In this document: positions 1 through 8,331 of the stretch, piece by piece
Layout: every line of letters starts with the position of its first letter
How positions within the stretch are numbered: position 1 is the first letter of the stretch
NCBI GenBank assembly: GCA_963838505.1
Contig: CAWIRG010000013.1
Coordinates: forward strand, 55,679 to 119,678
Reading direction: 5' to 3'
DNA: 64,000 bases
Source: Candidatus Bathyarchaeota archaeon
GTDB lineage: Archaea; Thermoproteota; Bathyarchaeia; Bathyarchaeales; Bathycorpusculaceae
Made by a program: the position numbers and the translations under genes
Notes under the pieces: generated by a model
What the model saw: only the letters and a program-made list of their open reading frames with translations
Told to the model about the DNA's origin: nothing
Databases searched by the model: none

Positions 1-275
1 GCCGAGGTTCCAGTTGCTTGTCATAAACACAGTTTGTGTTCGGACAGGTCCACGGAGACATGTTCCATCGTTTCCACGAAAGGACTCAGAAGAGATAAAC
101 ATTGTTCTGCGATTCCCAGCGAGGCGTCCAAACTGTACTGATAAACATGTGGAGCTTTCAAGGATCCTTGAAGCTGGATCGATTAAGTGCACGCACACTC
201 TTGTCAATCATATGCGCGCGCTGCCTTTTCTGCATTTGTGGACAAGCTGTTTGAACGGAGCTCGCGGGATACGAG

Positions 276-905
276 TTATGCAAAGTATAGAACAGAAGTA
301 ATTGTGAGCAGTATTCCAGCAACTATCCAAAGAATGCTAAGCCATTCCTGAGGTAAATAAATAATATGCAGGGAACGTGTCACGTAATCTTCGCCTGCAG
401 CGTTGACATATCCTTGTGCCAATGGGAAATTCCAAGTTCCCAAGAAGAGAATTAATCCTCCTGCGATTAGCAAAAGCACATTCCGAAACCATCCAATCAG
501 AGCCTTTCTCCGCACGACAAAAGAGGCGACATAAAATCCTATGCCCAAAACAGTCGGGAAGATTCCATACCACACAGCATCACTTACTAATCCTTGAACG
601 TATGAGTCTGAGATTGAGGTTGGATTTCCCTCAAGCACAGCAGTTATATGCTCAATATCCTGATTAGCGAAGGTAGCTGGCCACAGGAACACGAAAAACT
701 CAAGGGCAAAAACGAGCAAGCCCACGCTCAGAAGAAAGCTGCCTTTTCCAACATAGAATGCAACCACACCTAACCCTATTACCATGAAGCCGACATACAC
801 CAAATATACTACAGGTTCTGGTGTCAGTCCAGCATTAGAAATGGGCAAAGACAAGCAAACAATCGCCGTTACGATTGCCAAGAAAACAATTTCTGCCTTC
901 TTCAT
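276..905 (-). CDS. hypothetical multi-pass membrane protein
   Basis: ORF 276..935. About 6 hydrophobic helices by eye. Start moved to the internal ATG (MKKAEIVFLAIV) at 905. No recognisable family motif. Confidence 0.5.
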   Translation of the reverse strand: MKKAEIVFLAIVTAIVCLSLPISNAGLTPEPVVYLVYVGFMVIGLGVVAFYVGKGSFLLSVGLLVFALEFFVFLWPATFANQDIEHITAVLEGNPTSISDSYVQGLVSDAVWYGIFPTVLGIGFYVASFVVRRKALIGWFRNVLLLIAGGLILFLGTWNFPLAQGYVNAAGEDYVTRSLHIIYLPQEWLSILWIVAGILLTITSVLYFA

Positions 906-1167
906 ATTCCACTTACACCTAATTGAGGTGGACATGACAGGTAAGTGTTTACGCCTTATTTTCGTTTTCTAGACAATAGCATATTCTAGTGGTCATAAAC
1001 GATTCAAATCCAGCTTCAAACAATTTCCTTGCGTCTTCCATCGCTATGGCATTGCCGAGTTGTGCTCGTTTATCACCCTCAGCTCACGTTGTTTGAACTA
1101 ATGTTCTCGATTTGGAAAACAAGAGAACGCCTGCTGAATATCTGAGGACAGTGCAAAAGGCTGTGTT

Positions 1168-1686
1168 TTATTTCAGCATGGTCAACAGGTATTTGGCTAA
1201 GGTCGATAAAGTGAAATAGCGATATTGAATTTTGTCGTTGAGGTCCACGATAAAGCTCAACGTGGCAGAAGTGTCAACAAACGGATATTCTCTTATTCTT
1301 CCGACGAGTTTACTGTAGTCAGAGTAGCTTTTGTGGAATGAAACAAGCACGCCGGTATATGCTCCACCCATTCCTCTGTTGAAAAGCACGATTTCGTCTG
1401 GCGCTCTTTCCTCCATATCTTTCAGGCTGATTTGCCGCGCTTTTTCCATCTCCTCTGCTGAGAGGTCCTTTTTGAGCTTCACGAGAATGAATGATGCAAG
1501 CTGAAACCCCAGCTTAACAAAATTAGGTATAACCGTGTACTCTCTGAGGTAGCCCTCTTTTTCGAGTCTAGATCTCGTTCTTGTGACAGTGGGTTGAGAG
1601 ACTCCAAGAGCCTTTGCCAATTCCCTGTCGCTTCTGCGACTATTCTTCATAAGCTCAGCAATTAGCTTCAGTTCTATGTCCTTCAA
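1168..1686 (-). CDS. Lrp/AsnC-family transcriptional regulator
   Basis: C-terminal 172 aa of ORF 1168..1971 read as an HTH (RSDRELAKALGVSQPTVTRTRSRLEKEGYL) plus an AsnC-type ligand domain. The long N-terminal extension is implausible and overlaps the divergent gene. Likely TTG start at 1686 (KDIELKLIAELMKNS). Confidence 0.75.
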   Translation of the reverse strand: MKDIELKLIAELMKNSRRSDRELAKALGVSQPTVTRTRSRLEKEGYLREYTVIPNFVKLGFQLASFILVKLKKDLSAEEMEKARQISLKDMEERAPDEIVLFNRGMGGAYTGVLVSFHKSYSDYSKLVGRIREYPFVDTSATLSFIVDLNDKIQYRYFTLSTLAKYLLTMLK

Positions 1687-1860
1687 ATGAATGCCACGTT
1701 TTATCAGACTACTGAGGATACTTAAAGAGCTTTCACCGCAGCGCAAGCGGAAAAAAGAGAGAGCTCCATGCCTAGAAAGATAAGAAGTGTGCGCATTACG
1801 CTTATTAATGACCAATTTTGAGAGATCTAGTACATAGCACACCCAAGGAGCTTGACCACG

Positions 1861-2592
1861 ATGGGAACAAGTAAAGAAGAAAACGCTGACAAAGTCAATT
1901 ATGAATGTGAAATCAAAGTAACCAAGAATGGCCCATACCTTGTTTCTGGCAAACTTCCCATATCCGAACAAATCATCATCGTCAACAACGAAGGGGTTCC
2001 GGTTGAATGGCGTTCAGGCAAGAAATATCCTTTGCAGGAAAAATGCGGCCTTTGCCGATGTGGAGAATCAAAGAAAAAACCTTTCTGTGATGGAGCGCAC
2101 ATGAAAACCGGTTTTGATGGCACTGAAATGGCCAGCCCTGAACCCTACTTGAGACAGGCAAAAATCATACAGGGCCCAACGCTTAAGCTAACCGACTTTG
2201 TGGATCTTTGTGCCTCTGCGCGTTTCTGTCATAGAGCAGGCGAAATCTGGAACCTTATTCCAAAATCAGATGACTTGGACGCCAAACGTGCGGCAATCGA
2301 AGATGCAGGAAACTGCCCGTCAGGTCGTCTTGTGGTTTGGGACAAGAAAACAGGGGAGGCAATTGAACCGAAATTGGAAAAATCAATCGGGTTAATCGAA
2401 GACCCTCAGATGGAGTGCAGTGGCCCGATTTGGGTGCGAGGAGGCATCCCGATTAGATCTGCAGACGGAAAAACCTATGAAGTTCGCAATCGCGTTACTC
2501 TCTGTCGCTGCGGCAAGTCCTCCATCAAACCATTTTGCGACAGCAGTCACTTCCCTGAGCATCGCTACGAAGAAATGATGTCTCACAAGTAA
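1861..2592 (+). CDS. CDGSH iron-sulfur domain protein (two CDGSH motifs)
   Basis: Two motifs, CRCGESKKKPFCDGAH and CRCGKSSIKPFCDSSH, match the CDGSH 2Fe-2S finger pattern C-x-C-x2-S-x3-P-x-C-D-G/S-x-H. ATG at 1861 lies inside ORF 1852..2592. Confidence 0.8.
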   Translation: MGTSKEENADKVNYECEIKVTKNGPYLVSGKLPISEQIIIVNNEGVPVEWRSGKKYPLQEKCGLCRCGESKKKPFCDGAHMKTGFDGTEMASPEPYLRQAKIIQGPTLKLTDFVDLCASARFCHRAGEIWNLIPKSDDLDAKRAAIEDAGNCPSGRLVVWDKKTGEAIEPKLEKSIGLIEDPQMECSGPIWVRGGIPIRSADGKTYEVRNRVTLCRCGKSSIKPFCDSSHFPEHRYEEMMSHK

Positions 2593-2734
2593 AAACAACG
2601 TAACCCTATATCTAGCGCGCTGGTTTATCCCTAAATCAGCGAGTGCACGCGCTGTTTGCCTTCATACTAAATGAAGTGACAAAGAAACAACAAACATCAG
2701 CGCCCGCAGCGGCGTAGCAGGCTGTTGGACCAAG

Positions 2735-2919
2735 CCATTCTATCTTTGCGCCACGCGCAACCACATGTAATGCCTGGGTTTGTTACAATTCACATTACTT
2801 TTGACGTTACAAACAAAAAGGCTGAGTCCACTCTGAACAGTAGCCCAGACTGTTTTTGTTCATGGTTTGTTACAACCCACATTACTTCTGACGTTACAAG
2901 TAAAAAAGGGGGGGTCGAC
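2735..2919 (+). repeat. composite intergenic repeat element, copy A (two 37-nt repeats 2778-2814 and 2865-2901, 50-nt spacer, G7 run + GTCGAC)
   Basis: Read directly. R1 is GTTTGTTACAATTCACATTACTTTTGACGTTACAAAC; R2 is GTTTGTTACAACCCACATTACTTCTGACGTTACAAGT. The whole ~185 bp recurs reverse-complemented at 31078-31259. Confidence 0.9.
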
Positions 2920-2990
2920 TTTCAAGAGCAGGTAGGGCGGGCGTGAAATCTCTGCCGAGGAAATTCAGAGTTTCCCGCGGCATGAAAAAT

Positions 2991-3329
2991 CTACGGGTTT
3001 CGTGTGAGTTCTGCTAGCTGTTTTTTGGTTAACCCAACCCCATGCTCGGCATCAAGTCTCTTGTGCACCTTTCCTTTTCTGAAAAGAATCACGGTAGGGT
3101 AGTACTCTATCGCGTATTTCTCACATAAATCTGGCCTTTCATCAACTATGACGCTCATGCACCTTTGCGGATTGTCTCTCGCATACTCTTCAAATGCCGG
3201 CAGAAACCTTTGAGAAAATGGACACCAAGTAGCATAAAAAAGAACGAAAGCCTCATCCTTCTCTTCCATTTCTCCCACTGGACTACTGCTTTCGGAGACT
3301 CCCACCTTACGCCTTTCAGCTTTGCTCAA
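2991..3329 (-). CDS. thioredoxin-fold protein with monothiol WCPFS active-site motif
   Basis: 112 aa. FYATWCPFSQRF sits at the position of the thioredoxin WCGPC motif, and YPTVILF is typical of the cis-Pro loop region. Confidence 0.75.
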   Translation of the reverse strand: MSKAERRKVGVSESSSPVGEMEEKDEAFVLFYATWCPFSQRFLPAFEEYARDNPQRCMSVIVDERPDLCEKYAIEYYPTVILFRKGKVHKRLDAEHGVGLTKKQLAELTRNP

Positions 3330-3600
3330 TCACATGTCTCCCCTCGGCGATAACACGCCTTAACTTGTACGCCCAACCACCATTATAGAGTTTTCCATGT
3401 TTCAAGATACTCACAGAACATTGCTGCGCGCTCTGAGACGAAACTCTCTATTTTTTTCTCGCGTTCGTCTCACGCCGATTTTCCCCACTTTTTCGTGCGC
3501 TACGTCGCAAGAAATTACGTGACTCGTGGAACCATAACTATTCCAGTCACTTCACGATATTCACATTACATTTAGAAAATAGGTTGCGCACGCATAGAAA

Positions 3601-3900
3601 TCAAAAAGGAAGCGGCACAGGCATGCCGTTTCTTGCTTCCTCAACTATCGGGAGCGCTTGTCTGAGTTCTCTGAAATACTTGAGCACGGTTATGCCTCTC
3701 GGAGTTATGGCGAACACTATTCTGCTTCTTCCAACGGCCCTTTCCTCAATAAGATTTTGCTTAATCAGAAAGTCCAAGTATTCTTTCAGAACTTTGCAAT
3801 TGACATTCGCTTTATACATTATATGCGTCAGTTTTAATGGTCCACGCTGGGATAACACTTGGAGAATGTTTACATACATCTCGAGTTTGGAACGTCTCAT
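3601..3900 (-). CDS. small winged-helix DNA-binding protein (HTH_45-like)
   Basis: Internal ATG at 3900 gives 99 aa. MYVNILQVLSQRGPLKLTHIMYKANVNCKVLKEYLDFLIKQNLIEE matches the pattern of small archaeal wHTH proteins. The upstream part of ORF 3601..4032 looks non-coding. Confidence 0.65.
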   Translation of the reverse strand: MRRSKLEMYVNILQVLSQRGPLKLTHIMYKANVNCKVLKEYLDFLIKQNLIEERAVGRSRIVFAITPRGITVLKYFRELRQALPIVEEARNGMPVPLPF

Positions 3901-4189
3901 AGTTCTACCCTTCACGCATTTGCCTTCAACAGTTGGAACAAGGAGTATAAACCGTTTATGAATTAGAAACCATGGTTCAAACCCACATATTGCCACGCCA
4001 ACACAAGTCTCCGTCGCATCTTTGCAACACATTTCTGTTCATATCGAACCCCTAGACAACCTGAACTTGGGATAGTTATTACAAATATGTATTCCAAAAC
4101 CGTATCTTAACAGCACATGCCAGTAAATGCCCACGACACAGAAACTCTTCTCAGGAATAAGCAACAGACGAACAGTACTACCCGCTCAG

Positions 4190-4350
4190 CGCGCTCTCTC
4201 TCCATGGTTTGTTACCACACAACATTACCACGGTTGTTACCAACAAGCAGGCGGGACGACTCCAAAGAAGGAGATTTCACTTGATTTCTCCATGGTTTGT
4301 TACAGCACAACATTACCACGGTTGTTACCAGCCAAAGATAGGGGGTCGAC
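4190..4350 (+). repeat. composite intergenic repeat element, copy B (two 38-nt repeats 4207-4244 and 4295-4332, 50-nt spacer, G5 run + GTCGAC)
   Basis: Read directly. R1 is GTTTGTTACCACACAACATTACCACGGTTGTTACCAAC; R2 is GTTTGTTACAGCACAACATTACCACGGTTGTTACCAGC. Same architecture as copies A and C but a different sequence. Confidence 0.85.
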
Positions 4351-4443
4351 TCTGAAAAGTAACATGTCTATCCTGAACCAAGCGCTTCAACGCACGTTTA
4401 TAAGCTGGGCAGAAGCTCACATTATTGTCTAGGGTAAGAGTCG

Positions 4444-5109
4444 ATGCAAGCCAAAAAGACTCTTTTGTGGGCAATTCTAATTGTGATCGTCATAGCTGTC
4501 GGTTTCGTAGGTATTCAAATCTGGACGGCTTTCAACTCTCCAACAATCACAACAAAATACACGGAAATCAGAGAATACAACGGAACAAAACTAGATTCGA
4601 TAAATGACTTCAGAATAGAGGCAATAGCAGGCGTACAGCACATAAACACAAGCAGCTATAGCCTCGTCGTCGATGGACTCGTTCAGAACCAAACCACCTA
4701 CACGTACGATAACATCATCGAAAACCACACAAGCTACCAGGAAGTTGTCACGCTCCACTGCGTAGAAGGATGGCAGGTCACAGCTCTATGGCAAGGTGTG
4801 CGAGTGAAAGATCTACTTGCAGAATCCGGATACGACCAGAATGCCCAAGTCGTGATATTCTATGCTCAAGACGGTTACACGACAAGCCTGCCGCTCTCCG
4901 ACATAGTGAACAACAACATACTGATAGCCTACAAAGTCAACAACGTAACCCTCCCGCCTGAAGAAGGCTACCCCTTCCAACTAGTAGCTGAAGGCAAACT
5001 AGGCTACAAATGGATAAAATGGATAACACAGATATCAGTATCCAACGACACAAGCTTCCGAGGCTATTGGGAAAGCAACGGATACAGCAACGACGCCAAC
5101 TATCCTTGA
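4444..5109 (+). CDS. membrane-anchored molybdopterin-oxidoreductase domain protein (MsrP/YedY-like)
   Basis: N-terminal TM helix (LLWAILIVIVIAVGFVGI). VVTLHCVEGWQVTALWQGVRVKDLL resembles the Mo-ligand Cys region of the sulfite-oxidase/YedY family. GYKWIKW lies near the C-terminus. Confidence 0.75.
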   Translation: MQAKKTLLWAILIVIVIAVGFVGIQIWTAFNSPTITTKYTEIREYNGTKLDSINDFRIEAIAGVQHINTSSYSLVVDGLVQNQTTYTYDNIIENHTSYQEVVTLHCVEGWQVTALWQGVRVKDLLAESGYDQNAQVVIFYAQDGYTTSLPLSDIVNNNILIAYKVNNVTLPPEEGYPFQLVAEGKLGYKWIKWITQISVSNDTSFRGYWESNGYSNDANYP

Positions 5110-5342
5110 TCCGGATCCCCAATAAAGATTTCACGTCGACCACCATCATACGCCACATTTGAAAGAAACATAGGTCAATCACTGACGGGTGATCACAACG
5201 CACAAAGCAGCAAAGGTTCCCTCAGCCCATAAGCGCGCTTGCCTTGTTTTCATCATAACACTATCAAGAACCCCACGGGTATGGATGATTGAAAAGTTTT
5301 TATCGGCTACAAAACGATAGTTGTTGCAAAGGCAATCTAACG

Positions 5343-5696
5343 ATGAAAAGAGAAGAAGACGGCTACTTGAAAAGATTCAACCGCCTGCTCGCATGGTTTA
5401 CCGCAGTGCTGTTTGCCTTTCTTGCAATTTCAGGATTCGGCATAACCAACCCTGGATTGACCAGTCGACTAACCGGAGGAATCATGACTTCCGCACTCTC
5501 AATGTACTTACACGCGAATCTGGCCGCACCCACTCTGATACTGCTGCTAATTCACCTTTTGATCGGAATGAAAAATGCTTTAACTCGATTCGGAATAACC
5601 GACACGAAGACGGTGGATGCCACATTGATAATTCTAGGTCTCTTCGTCGGAACACTAATCATCCTAGCGCGATACCTCATGCTTCCACAAACCTGA
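5343..5696 (+). CDS. small 3-TM membrane protein with conserved-looking histidines (possible redox partner of the MsrP-like protein)
   Basis: ATG at 5343 within ORF 5289..5696. Three hydrophobic helices, with His in helices 2 and 3 (MYLHANL, LLLIHLLIG). The functional link is inference from adjacency only. Confidence 0.45.
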   Translation: MKREEDGYLKRFNRLLAWFTAVLFAFLAISGFGITNPGLTSRLTGGIMTSALSMYLHANLAAPTLILLLIHLLIGMKNALTRFGITDTKTVDATLIILGLFVGTLIILARYLMLPQT

Positions 5697-6009
5697 AAAT
5701 TATCTAAATGAACCTGCAGCTTGCAGCCACAAACGCGCGAAAACCTGTTTGTAAAAAGAAAACGCGCGCGAAGGCCGTTCAGATTAAGAAGCAGACGCAC
5801 GCATGCGCTGAAGGTCTTGAACCCCTTGCCTATCAGTCACAAGTTCACCAAGCTTTTTCTCAAGCTGAATGCGGCGTATCTTAGAGTTTCAAGCAGTTGG
5901 AAAAAAATGTTGCCGCGACAAAACGCAACACAAATTCTCTCGTTTGTCGTCTTTTCCCTCCCGAAACGCACTTATCTGTTTGCGTCGCTCATACAAGCAA
6001 GGCAGAATC

Positions 6010-6933
6010 ATGATGACGGAGATAATAGAATGCGTACCTAACTTCAGCACTTCAGATCCCGAGACAGTGCAAGCTATCCTCAATGAACTCAAAGAAACCA
6101 AGAAGACATTCCTACTGGACTATTCTTTCGATGACTACTACAACAGGCTCGTTGTCTCTTTCATAGGTAACAAGAAATCCGTCTTGGAAGCAGCGTCAAA
6201 AATGGCTTCCAAGGCTGTAGAACTGATTGACATGAGAAAACACAAAGGGCAACACCCCCGCATCGGAGCTGTTGATGTTGTCCCCTTCATACCGCTAAAG
6301 GACGCCACATTAGATGATTGCATAAAACTCTCCATGAAATTCGGCCAATATCTAGCCGAAAGATGCCGTGTCCCCGTTTACCTGTACGGTGCTGCCTCAA
6401 AAAAACCTGAACGAAAAGATCTAGACTGGATACGGGAAGGTGACTACGAAAAACTGCCTGAAATGATTGTCAAGCCTGAACGCAAGCCCGACTATGGAAC
6501 GCCAAAGCCTCATCCCACGGCAGGCGCCACCATAACAGGCACACGCAAAATCATGGCCGGTTTCAATGTTAACATAGGAACAGCAGACTTGAAAACCGCA
6601 AAGAAAATCGCGAAGGCCCTACACGCAAGCAAAGGCGGCTTTTCCAACGTCAAAGCAATGGCTGCCTACTTGCCCGAGAAAAACATTGCACAGATCGGCA
6701 TGAGCATAAGCGACTTCGAAAAAACTCCACTTTACCGCGTTTATGAAACACTAAAGATCGAGTGCGAACGTTACAACATCCCAATAATCAGTTCTGAATT
6801 CTGCGGCATGGCTCCGCTAAAGGCCCTAATCGACACGGTGCGATACTACCTCAAAGTTGAAAATCTGCCTGAGGAACGCATCTTGGAAATAGCCGTACGA
6901 GATGCCATTGAAAAAGGCGGTGCTTTTGAGTAA
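6010..6933 (+). CDS. ftcD: glutamate formimidoyltransferase (FT domain only)
   Basis: MMTEIIECVPNFS at the N-terminus and HPRIGAVDVVPFIP are hallmarks of the formiminotransferase domain. 307 aa from the ATG at 6010. Confidence 0.85.
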   Translation: MMTEIIECVPNFSTSDPETVQAILNELKETKKTFLLDYSFDDYYNRLVVSFIGNKKSVLEAASKMASKAVELIDMRKHKGQHPRIGAVDVVPFIPLKDATLDDCIKLSMKFGQYLAERCRVPVYLYGAASKKPERKDLDWIREGDYEKLPEMIVKPERKPDYGTPKPHPTAGATITGTRKIMAGFNVNIGTADLKTAKKIAKALHASKGGFSNVKAMAAYLPEKNIAQIGMSISDFEKTPLYRVYETLKIECERYNIPIISSEFCGMAPLKALIDTVRYYLKVENLPEERILEIAVRDAIEKGGAFE

Positions 6934-8251
6934 AGCTGCCAAAGCAAAGGCAAGAGAAAAACTAGACTTGCTCATCGTCAACGCAAATGAACTCATCACG
7001 CTTTCCGACGACACCCAAAAACCACGCAGAGGAAAGCAGATGCAGGAGATTGGAATAGTACGGGACGGCTGCTTAGCGATCAAGGATGGAAAAATCCTTG
7101 CTGCTGGAAAAACCGCTGAAGTCACAAAGGCTTTCAAAGCTGAAAACGTGATAAGCGCAAACGGCAAGATTGTTCTACCCGGTTTTGTCGACCCCCATAC
7201 ACATCTGGTTTTCGCCGGCTCACGAGAGGACGAGTTTCAAATGCGCGTCGCAGGCACTCCCTACATGGAAATCCTCAAAGCTGGCGGAGGCATATTGAGG
7301 ACAGTCCGAGAAACGAGAAAGGCTAGCTTCGAAAAACTCGTCGAAAATGGCACGAAGACGTTGGATTCAATGCTGGAACACGGAACCACGACGGTTGAAG
7401 CAAAAAGCGGCTATGGCCTGACCACAAAAGACGAGCTGAAGATATTGCAGGTCATTCAACGCCTAAACCAACTGCACACAATCGACATTGTCCCAACCTT
7501 TCTAGGCGCACATGCTATCCCGCCAGAATTCTCTAACAGCCCACGAGACTACGTCAACTTGGTCATCGAAGAAATGATCCCAAAAGTGACCGAGAAGGGA
7601 CTCGCAGAGTTCTGCGACGTGTTCTGCGAAAGAGGAATATTCAACCTTGAACAGTCAAGACGCATCTTAACAGCAGGAAAGAACTCAGGCCTGAAACCCA
7701 AGGTTCACGCAGACGAGATGAGCTGCCTAGGCGGAGCAGAACTCGCAGCCAGCATAGAAGCAGCATCTGCAGATCACATGCTTTTCTCTTCCGAAGAAGG
7801 CATCAAAGCCATGGCTGACAAAAATGTCATAGCTAACCTACTTCCCGCAGCAGCATTCAGCCTCATGAATAACCGATATGCAGACGCTCGAGCGATGATA
7901 AATCTCGGCGCCTCAATAGCTCTTGGAACCGACTTCAACCCAAACTGCTGGGCTGAAAACCAGCAGCTAATAATTGCGCTTGCTTGTCACTTCATGAGGA
8001 TGACACCAGCTGAAGCAATAACTGCAACGACCATCAATGCCGCCTACGCCGTAGGCAGAGGAAAAGAAGTGGGCAGCCTAGAACCTGGAAAGAAGGCTGA
8101 TGCTGTCATATTGGACGTGCCCAATCACAAGTTTCTTGGCTACCGATTTGGTGTGAACCTCGTTGACAAAGTGATAAAGAACGGAAGAGTCGTGATCGAC
8201 ACAGAAGCAAGTCGAAACGAGTATCGGATTCTAGAAGAGCAGAAGATGTAG
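6902..8251 (+). CDS. hutI: imidazolonepropionase
   Basis: PGFVDPHTHLVFAG, KSGYGL, HADE and GTDFNP amidohydrolase motifs typical of HutI. The exact start is uncertain; the ORF overlaps the ftcD end by 32 nt. Confidence 0.9.
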   Translation: MPLKKAVLLSKAAKAKAREKLDLLIVNANELITLSDDTQKPRRGKQMQEIGIVRDGCLAIKDGKILAAGKTAEVTKAFKAENVISANGKIVLPGFVDPHTHLVFAGSREDEFQMRVAGTPYMEILKAGGGILRTVRETRKASFEKLVENGTKTLDSMLEHGTTTVEAKSGYGLTTKDELKILQVIQRLNQLHTIDIVPTFLGAHAIPPEFSNSPRDYVNLVIEEMIPKVTEKGLAEFCDVFCERGIFNLEQSRRILTAGKNSGLKPKVHADEMSCLGGAELAASIEAASADHMLFSSEEGIKAMADKNVIANLLPAAAFSLMNNRYADARAMINLGASIALGTDFNPNCWAENQQLIIALACHFMRMTPAEAITATTINAAYAVGRGKEVGSLEPGKKADAVILDVPNHKFLGYRFGVNLVDKVIKNGRVVIDTEASRNEYRILEEQKM

Positions 8252-8331
8252 GAAATAGACTTGCCGTGTCCTGAACATTTGATGGTATTTGGGCAAAGAA
8301 TTAAAGTGTGTTTTCTCATTCTTGATTCAGG

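Noticed and set aside
1-207. A partial gene running off the left edge on the minus strand (open frame 207..1), or the + strand ORF 14..301
   Set aside because: Both translations are Arg/Cys/Ser-rich, have no motif and lack convincing start context. I cannot support either as a feature.
1687-1971. The N-terminal 95 aa of ORF 1168..1971 as part of the Lrp-family regulator
   Set aside because: The extension has no counterpart in Lrp/AsnC proteins and overlaps the divergent CDGSH gene start. A TTG at 1686 gives a canonical-length regulator.
2778-2901. A bona fide CRISPR array (37-nt repeats, 50-nt spacer)
   Set aside because: Each locus has only two repeats. The 'spacer' is conserved between loci A and C. 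The repeats decompose into 12-nt sub-repeats, and there are no cas genes in 64 kb. A degenerate mini-array or CreA-like RNA remains a hypothesis only and is listed in the findings.
2725-2946. ORFs reading through the repeat elements (2725..2946, 4127..4432, 31027..31551) as protein-coding genes with a shared FVT(I/T)HIT(F/S)DVT peptide
   Set aside because: The shared peptide is simply the translation of the DNA repeat, and it occurs on opposite strands at the A and C loci. The ORFs lack plausible starts or context and are best explained as non-coding repeats.
3961-4032. tRNA-like T-loop strings (GGTTCAAACCC at about 3975; GGGTTCAAACC at about 37007; GATTCAAATCC at about 1001)
   Set aside because: The flanking bases do not form T-stems or acceptor stems, and no cloverleaf can be drawn. 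No tRNA is called.
2735-4350. A replication origin with ORB-like boxes (G-run after a dyad-like element)
   Set aside because: There is no orc1/cdc6 gene nearby and no A/T-rich unwinding element between inverted boxes. Elements A and B are direct repeats separated by two genes. The G-run similarity to ORB elements is too weak to claim.
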